Positions 55,705-64,000 of a stretch of DNA of 64,000 nucleotides are shown piece by piece (positions within the stretch are counted from its first letter, which is position 1; each line of letters begins with the position of its first letter). Where the stretch lies: NCBI GenBank assembly GCA_964016885.1, contig OZ024740.1:229772001-229836000 (forward strand), given 5' to 3'. Position numbers and translations under genes: made by a program. Source of the DNA: Eledone cirrhosa. Taxonomy: Eukaryota. The notes under the pieces are model-generated. The model worked only from the letters and a program-made list of their open reading frames with translations, did not search any database and was not told the DNA's origin.

Positions 55705-56076
55705 TATGTGGGTATCTGCCATCTATATACACTGGTCATAGACACACACATATATATACACACAACACCACCAGCACTCTCTCTCTCTCTCTCTCTCTTC
55801 CATTCTCCTTCCCTCTCTCCTCTCCCTCTCTTCAATCTACTCTCTCACAACCACTATCTCTCCCCCCCCTCTCTCTGTTTGTGAAGGTACCCGGAAAAAC
55901 CCCATATCTCGGGAACCCGTCTTTCGATTTACGCGAAACTTGTTTTATTCCATTTGTATTCGCATTTTAGGGTTAACTTCCTTTCAAAGTATTTCTCCAT
56001 TATACGCCCTTTTGGCTGTATTACATTACAGACAAGCAAGCAGGCAAGCAATCACAGACTTTTAGTATTATATAGA
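55473..56076 (-). mobile_element. Non-autonomous Helitron-like element
   Basis: Minus: TC start, 3' hairpin cgtgaccc-aac-gggtcacg then CTAG|T. Confidence 0.75.
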
Positions 56077-56741
56077 TAGATAGATAGATAGATAATTCTT
56101 AAATAATTCTTTCATTTGTTACCTTTCGCTTTCGTTCTTTTAAAATGCTAATTTTTATGGATTTAATTACATAGTAAAATATTTATTTAATCATTCCTAT
56201 CTATGTATATTTTTTCCTTCTGTATTTGTTGAAACGTACGTGAAACGAACAGATAAAATTTTATAATTGTGACATTAGAACTAACGTATAGCACATCCTT
56301 TTCATGGCGGCCTCTGTCATGGGGTCGGCTGTAATCGGTCCCCGAATTGCAGTTTTTCCTCCATAAAATCGCGAAGAATGCATCCCAAATGAAAAAAAAA
56401 AAAAAAAAAAAATCCTGTGGGTTAGGGTAGCTAATGCAACAAGTGCTGATGGCTATTCACCGCAGTAATGCCTTCACCATTTTGTCCCCGTGACGCAGCT
56501 GATATACACCGTCTAGACTGGGGGTGTAAAGTCTATCGTTCCACCCCCTTTTCCTATCTAGCAATTATATTGAAAATAACTAACTATATAGAGCTAATAT
56601 AAGATACATTAAAAGCATGTATACACATTTAATTTTCACTGTTTGAGCACAACCAATTAACCCCTTGGTGCCTTCAGCGGAGTACACCCTGCTACAAGTA
56701 TTCAAACAAGGAATATGATATGAGGGTAACTTCTTCCCAAC

Positions 56742-56883
56742 CTGTCATCACCCACGGAGGCGCTGAGAAATCTCATAAGCTCTGCACTATCACCTCTGAC
56801 TAAATCACGTGATAAAAATGTGGGGGTGAATAGGAAGGTAGCAATGCCTATTCCTGTCAAGCATGGCGTTCTTTTCTCTGTCG
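56742..56883 (-). CDS. Candidate internal host exon (142 bp), product unknown
   Basis: Acceptor tttgtgtttgtttcag, donor ag|gttggg, open frame ATEKRTPCLTGIGIATFLFTPTFLSRDLVRGDSAELMRFLSASVGDDR; non-repetitive within the window. Confidence 0.4.
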
Positions 56884-56949
56884 CTGAAACAAACACAAAT
56901 AAGAAACTCGGAGTAACGAGATAGTGAACTTAAGCTTTGAACCAATAGG

Positions 56950-57022
56950 GATGTGTGTGTGTGTGTGAGAGTGTGTGTGTGCGTGAGAGAGTGTGTGAGA
57001 GAGTGTGTGTGTGTGTCTGTGT

Positions 57023-57061
<39 letters not shown>

Positions 57062-58335
57062 CGGGTGTGTGAGAGAGAGTGTGTGTGCGTGTGAGAGTGT
57101 GTGTGAGAGAGAGTGTGTGTGTGTGTGTCTGTGTATGTGTGTGTGAGAGAGAGTGTGTGTGTGTGAGAGTGTGTGTGAGAGAGAGTGTGTGTGTGTGAGA
57201 GTGTGTGTGAGAGAGAGTGTGTGTGTGTGTCTGTGTATGTGTGTGTGTGTGAGAGAGAGAGAGAGCGGGTGTGTGAGAGAGAGTGTGTGTGCGTGTGAGA
57301 GTGTGTGTGAGAGAGAGTGTGTGTGTGTCTGTGTATGTGTGTGTGAGAGAGAGTGTGTGTGTGTGAGAGTGTGTGTGAGAGAGAGTGTGTGTGTGTGTCT
57401 GTGTATGTGTGTGTGAGAGAGAGAGAGAGCGGGTGTGTGAGAGAGAGTGTGTGTGCGTGTGAGAGTGTGTGTGAGAGAGAGTGTGTGTGTGTATGTCTGT
57501 GTATGTGTGTGTGAGAGAGAGAGAGAGCGGGTGTGTGAGAGAGAGTGTGTGTGCGTGTGAGAGTGTGTGTGAGAGAGAGTGTGTGTGTGTGTCTGTGTAT
57601 GTGTGTGTGTGAGAGAGAGAGAGAGAGCGGGTGTGTGAGAGAGAGTGTGTGTGCGTGTGAGAGTGTGTGTGAGAGAGAGTGTGTGTGTGTGTCTGTGTAT
57701 GTGTGTGTGAGAGAGAGAGAGAGCGGGTGTGTGAGAGAGAGTGTGTGTGTGTGAGAGTGTGTGTGAGAGAGAGTGTGTGTGTGTGTTTGTGTATGTGTGT
57801 GTGTGAGAGAGAGAGAGAGAGCGGGTGTGTGAGAGAGAGTGTGTGTGTGTGAGAGTGTGTGTGTGCGTGAGAGAGTGTGTGTGAGAGTGTGTGTATGTGT
57901 GTGTGAGAGAGAGAGAGAGAGCGGGTGTGTGAGAGAGAGTGTGTGTGTGTGAGAGTGTGTGTGAGAGAGAGTGTGTGTGTGTGTCTGTGTATGTGTGTGT
58001 GTGTGAGAGAGAGAGTGTGTGTCCGTGTGTGTCTGTGTCTGTGTATGTGTGTGAGAGAGAGCGGGTGTGTGAGAGAGAGTGTGTGTGTGAGAGAGTGTGT
58101 GTGTATGGGTGGGTATGTGTGTGAAAGAGAAAGAGTGTGTGCGTGTGTGTCTGTGTCTGTGTATGTGTGTGTGTGAGAGAGAGAGAGCGGGTGTGTGAGA
58201 GAGAGAGTGTGTGTCCGTGTGTGTCTATGTCTGTGTATGTGTGTGAGAGAGAGCGGGTGTGTGAGAGAGAGTGTGTGTGTGTATGGGTGGGTATGTGTGT
58301 GAAAGAGAAAGAGTGTGTGCGTGTGTGTATGTGTA

Positions 58336-58367
<32 letters not shown>

Positions 58368-58900
58368 CGGGTGTGTGAGAGAGAGTGTGTGAGAGAGTGT
58401 GTGTGTGAAAGAGAAAGAGTGTGTGCGTGTGTGTCTGTGTATGTGTATGTGTGTGTGTGAGAGAGAGGGAGTGTGTGTGTGTGAGAGAGTGTGTGAGAGA
58501 GTGTGTGTGTATGGGTGGGTATGTGTGTGAAAGAGAAAGAGTGTGTGCGTGTGTGTCTGTGTATGTGTATGTGTGTGTGTGAGAGAGAGAGAGAATGTGT
58601 GTGAGAGAGAGAGAGTGTGAGAGAGAGAGTGTGGGGGAGGGTGAAAGAGAAAGAGTGTGTGCGTGTGTGTCTGTGTATGTGTATGTGTGTGTGTGAGAGA
58701 GAGAGAGAATGTGTGTGAGAGAGAGAGAGTGTGAGAGAGAGAGTGTGGGGGAGGGTGAAAGAGAAAGAGTGTGTGCGTGTGTGTCTGTATGTGTATCTGT
58801 GTGAGAGAGAGAGTGTGGCGTGTGGGTGGGTGTGTGTTTGTGTGTGAAAGAGAGAGAGAGAGTGTATGTGTGTGCGTGTGTGCGTGTGCACGCGTGTCTG
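56950..58900. repeat. Higher-order (GT)n/(GA)n satellite (~100-bp unit)
   Basis: Recurrent gagcgggtgtgtgagagagagt and gtctgtgtat landmarks. Confidence 0.9.
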
Positions 58901-59159
58901 TGTGTGCGTCTGTATACGTGTGCGTATGTTTGTATGAATGTATGTATGTATGTACGTATGTATGTATATACGTAGGCATTATATATAGATGTATTTTGTA
59001 TGTATGTATATATGTATGGAGTGTGTATGCATGTATGTATATATGTATATATGTATATATGCATGTATGTATATATGCATGTATGTATGCATGTATGTAT
59101 GTATGTATGTTTGCATGAATGAATGCAAGCATGTATGTATACATGTATGTATGTATGTA

Positions 59160-59768
59160 TGTCAGGTCACCAGTTGGTGCTACTGGTAACATGTATCCCA
59201 GTACAACCTGTCTCATGGTCGTTGGCGACTAAACTGGCAACCCCACCAAGGTTTCTTGGTGAGGAAGGTGACTTTGGACTTTCTGCAGGACTAAAAACAA
59301 AACCTGTCAAAGGGAAAAGGAGCTCTTAAGAGTCAATGGTCATCCAAAATCATCGGGAGAGATGACCCCTTAGCCTTTGTCAAGGCAGAATTCTAGGAGA
59401 AGGAAAACTCTGATATAACACCTGCAACCCTGATGGTATCCAATGATGTTGACTTGTTCTTCTTTTTGGTAAATATCATCTTGGTTAAGAGAGTGGGACT
59501 GGCTTTGTGCAGTGCCTTTGCTCACTATAAAAGCTTCACGGCACAGGCATTGCTTTGTATCTGGAGATCTCTCTGCACTTGTCATCACATGGTACCATGG
59601 GCCCAGCACTATGTGTCAGTAATTGTCACAAGTGTAGTGTTTGTACCAGAGTTTTCAAGTCGCTGGCTGGACTAAAAAGTCACACTTGTTCAGCGCATCG
59701 GTAAGGGTTCTCCTACATGGATATAAAGTAGTGGCCGTACTCGAAAACGAGTTGGCAGCCACCACATA
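59160..59768 (+). mobile_element. ~610-bp (TATG)n-associated non-coding element
   Basis: Reverse complement of 40398-41010; flanked by (TATG)n on both sides. Confidence 0.85.
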
Positions 59769-60679
59769 AGTATGTATGTCTGTACATAAGTATATATGTA
59801 TGTACATAAGTATGTATGTATGTACATATGTATGTATGTACATAAGTAAGTATGTATGTATGTACATAAGTAAGTATGTATGTATGTATGTATGTACATA
59901 AGTATGTATGTACATAAGTAAGTATATATGTATGTACATAAGTATGTATGTATGTACATAAGTATGTATGTATGTACATAAGTATGTATGTATGTATGTA
60001 TGTATGTAGACAAACATGTACATAGGGTGAAACATAACATACTTTGAAGGACAAACAAACATTTACATTCTCACACATTTATTCATAATAACTACTGTAT
60101 ATATACCTATACGCACATAGCATTTCTATACACAAATACCCACAACATTAACTCACTTATATACTTAGAAAGCAATGTGACTGATAGTCGTTGAGAGAAG
60201 CATGCAAAACAATGATTCTGCAATTATAAACATCCATACAGAGTTACATACAGACAGCTATATATGCATGTGTGTTTACACAAGCAACATGCAGAAAAGC
60301 ACACTATATATATATATACACAGTACTTGAGGTTTCAAGTTCCAGTTATGGCCACCCATGCAGAATCATCACGCACAATTCTATATAGACCATAGTCTGT
60401 TCCATGTCAGTATAATCTGATAAAATTTTAAAGAATCTTGAAACAGCGTTGTCTGATACTTACAGAATATACTAGCAACTTTGATATATTCATAGAGGAA
60501 AATAGGGAAAATATAACTCTTTATTCATCTCGTTTCGCTTCGTTACGAAAAAATATTTCTCTGCAGCAGCGAGACTACCCATATGTTTATTGTATATAAA
60601 CGTATTATACATGTTTATACATGTCTTCATACACACATCTGTTATGCTTAAACACTGTCCTAGTGCTACCACCAATTAA

Positions 60680-60730
<51 letters not shown>

Positions 60731-60732
60731 TG

Positions 60733-60860
<128 letters not shown>

Positions 60861-61149
60861 TGTGTGTGTGTGTGTGTGTGTGCTTACTGGCGTAAATCGG
60901 GGACAAAAACGTAATTTTGCGATTCTATAAATAGAAATTGATCAAATAAGTCCCGGACTTAAATAAGTATTTAAACTGTTTTTATAGTATTTCTAATAGA
61001 TTCAAGAAACTATAAACTTGTGCAACTTAAACAAAAAATCATCTGGTTATACGTTAATACCCTTATCGACGGACCTGTGAAAAAATGCACCCAAATTTTC
61101 CTCCGATTACACCGTAGTGTCTTGATAAATAAAAGACACATTTGATAAG

Positions 61150-61450
61150 GTATGCCACTTGCAGCGACACCTTTTCCAGCCGCAACCTGGTGCAGTCTGT
61201 TAGTAAACAGGTTCTGCTGCATCGGGCTAAGGAGGGCAGACTCTCCAAGTACCGGGCGCTCTCTGACAGGTTTGCGGTCGTGACCTTGGCAGTGGAGACT
61301 TCTGGTGTTCTTCGCCCTAGGGCTACCTCCCCACGCACCACAATAGGCTCTGAGCTGACCAACCACAGGTGTGAGCCTCGCGAGATGGAATGGCTCTTCC
61401 AGCGCATCTCCCTTTCCATCCTCCGGGGCTGTGGGGCGGCCAGCACGTGG
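61150..61450 (+). mobile_element. CRE-like non-LTR RLE C-terminal fragment
   Basis: ATCSDTF..SKYRALSDRFAVVTLAVETSGVL..REMEWLFQRISLSILRG. Confidence 0.7.
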
Positions 61451-62699
61451 GACCCCATTTTCTCACATTACAGAGAGATGTGGAGGGTGAGAGAGATGGA
61501 GGCGATGACAGTGGGAGTTCGGTTCTTCTGTGTTCGGACACATTGCACCTGTTATTTGGATCATGTTGTCGGGTGGGTGAAGAGATAGATATATTTCTTT
61601 ATTTGCCACAAGGGCGCACAAGAAAAGGGGACAATACAAAGACACATGCCGGAGATTTTACATACAGTCGAATAAAAATATTGAAACAAACAATTATAAC
61701 AATCGAAATGCCCAATAGGGGGGGGGGGGGCGCCACAAATGGGTTGTTTAATACCCTGTCGATAGAACAACCCTCAACTTCAGGAGTGTGTTGTGCAAGT
61801 GCTCCCTTCTTCCTTTTGCTCTCTCCTTTAACCTACAGGCTTATAAACAAAGAAGGCCCAATCACTTGATACATAGATAGATATGATGTTTATGGAGGTA
61901 AGACTAGATAGTTAATGCTCGAGAGAATGACAGGATGGTCACAGCTGGAATGTGTTTCATCATAGGTTTCGTTAATCAGGGTGACCTCGAGCTAAACAAC
62001 AGCAATAACAACAACGACGACAACAACAACTACAACTACAACTTATGTAACATCCAATCAAGCTAAGCACTATAAAATAAAACAAAGAAAGAAATACGTC
62101 TCAGCCTGGGAACCGGATATATTCTATTTATGAAATGACTTGTGGTTTGAATATTATACGATTGTAGCACCACCCTCAAAGTTCACACACTACCATTCAA
62201 CACCCAACTACACTGAAGGGTGTATAATGTAACACCTTTGTCCTGATCATCTTAGTCACAAGAATGGGAAATAATTATAGTTGAAGTTTGTGGAGAGGTT
62301 TAGTTAAACCGTTAACCTTTGTTCAGACTGGAGTGTAATGTGTCCCTGCTGCTCCCTCCCTTTCACCCCTTACTTCATTCTTTTTTCTTTAACTTCTTTT
62401 CATTTCCTTTTTTCTTTCTTTTTTGATCCGTTTAATAATTCTTTTTTTTTTTTTCGTAGAAACAACTTTGAAAAAAGGAAAGTTACTTCATAATGAAATA
62501 ATATTCTGTATTTATCGAAAATAATTAGACAAAATACTCTACCTGCCTAAATATATTGAAATTTATAAATTTATAAATTTAAGCATTAATCCTAGGATAA
62601 TATAATATTGAAATGTAATCCGAATATGTTTCAGAGCAATTGATAAGGTGCAAGAACAAGCTATCAATTCTCATATGAAGTATATGTAAATGTTTGACA

Positions 62700-62895
62700 T
62701 CCGAACAAGTATCCTCCACCTCCACCTCCAATAACTTACCCTCCGGCTCTGAGACCCGGCCGACAGGATGGAGAATGCATTGCCCCGGACGATGGAGAAG
62801 GAGATGCGCTGGAACAACCACTCCACCTCACAAGGCTCGCCGCACCAGCAGATAGCCAACTCCGCTGCTACAGGCTCTACCACAAACCTATCAGT
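62700..62895 (-). mobile_element. CRE-like non-LTR 3' fragment
   Basis: EPCEVEWLFQRISFSIVRGNAFSILSAG. Confidence 0.7.
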
Positions 62896-62954
62896 GTTTC
62901 ATACATGCGTGATTGACTTCAATAAATTGTCGGATACAAATTGTAATGATACGA

Positions 62955-63092
62955 TAATTGTTTCTACTTTAGGCACAAGGCCAGCAATTACCCAGTGCAT
63001 TACTGGTACTTTATTTTATCGACCCCGTAAGGATGAAAGGCAAAGTCGACCTCGGCGGGATTTGAACTCAGATCGCAAAGGCACGTAACTAT
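62955..63092 (-). mobile_element. tRNA-derived SINE (family A), partial; similar partial copy at ~9958-10090
   Basis: Same body and B-box as 781-970. Confidence 0.8.
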
Positions 63093-63637
63093 GCCGGACA
63101 CCTTATAATTTGCCACAAAAAATAAACGCCATATTGGATAATCTAAAATGTTTTTTGCTTTGTTTTGATTTTTTTCTTTGTATTCTATAGACATTTAGTT
63201 CCACTAATTCCTACGTCTGTTACACATTCATTAACGTTGTTATAATTATATATTATTCTTTATCAGTAGTAAAACAAAAGTAACAATTCGATTATGGATC
63301 GAAACAAATCAATAGGGTGTTCCTCAATTCTATATCCATTAAACTTTCTTGTTGTCTCGCCAGGTACGTATTTACAGCAATACAGTGATAATCGGTGAGA
63401 TATTTAATATTGGTCTCTCTTTAGCTGATCAATATATGGGTGGAGGCAGTTATGAGTGAAGGAAAATGACATAGACGTAAAGAGGACACTGAAATTAAAA
63501 GAGTTCTAGGTTCAGTTATATTGTTCGGCACCTTAGGAAAGTGTTTTCTGTAGTCTTTGGTTGACCATTGCCTTATGAGTCTAATTTAGTAGATGGAAAC
63601 TACAGAAGCACCTCGTATAAATATATATATATATATA

Positions 63638-64000
63638 TTAGGATTGGTGCTCTGAAATAGCGATGTATACATGAATGTATGTGTAGTATATTTGGCAATA
63701 TATCGTATGTTTAATTAAAAACATTTTGAAGACCTTGCGCTATCATTTTTAAAGTAGTGACTATGTCACTTCTTTTTTTTCAGCAGAAGAAGGGAGAGAA
63801 GCTGACAGAGTCTGTTTTACACTGTTGGTGATCATCAGAGCCTTTGCCGAAAATTATAGAAGCTGGGTTCTTATAGAATTCCAGTAATAATCAGGAACTG
63901 ATTATACAGAGCGATTGCCGGTCCAGCAAAAATTATATATTAGGATTGGTGCTCTGAAATAGCGATGTATACATGAATGTGTGTATAGTATATTTGGCAA
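63638..64000 (-). mobile_element. Tandem copies of the 12475 HHR family
   Basis: ttaggattggtgctctgaaatagcgatg at 63638 and 63940; minus-strand CTGATGA..cagactctGTC at 63800-63842. Confidence 0.65.

Noticed and set aside
56805-59216. 803-aa and 653-aa His/Thr/Ser/Leu ORFs
   Set aside because: Translation of (CA)n/(CT)n satellite; the same applies to the many YI, CV and HT-rich ORFs elsewhere
60883-61120. DNA transposon with CACTA-like TIRs
   Set aside because: Inverted match is imperfect, the left end is eroded by (GT)n, and no TSD

Overview
Repeat-saturated, AT-rich eukaryotic DNA. The SINE and microsatellite content suggests a cephalopod (Octopus-like) intron or intergenic region; this is inferred, not verified. 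There is no intact host gene, only one candidate minus-strand exon (56742-56883), and most long ORFs are microsatellite artefacts. The window holds degenerate retroelements (a near-full-length Naiad-type Penelope-like element [PLE], other PLE GIY-YIG ends, Tx1/L1, RTE, R4/Dong, CR1, CRE 3' ends), tRNA-derived SINEs, hAT MITEs with 8-bp TSDs, non-autonomous Helitrons and a Tc1/mariner fragment. The main hidden structure is a set of short non-coding inserts between (TA)n runs. They carry about 18 recognisable type I hammerhead ribozyme (HHR) motifs from about 10 unrelated families. Many form asymmetric fold-backs in which one arm has an extra tail, and in two families the arm boundary appears to coincide with an observed or predicted ribozyme cleavage site. 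Also notable are a twin-priming 5' inversion in an RTE element and a (CATA)n array shared by two unrelated retroelements. All folds were paired by eye; no database or folding software was run.
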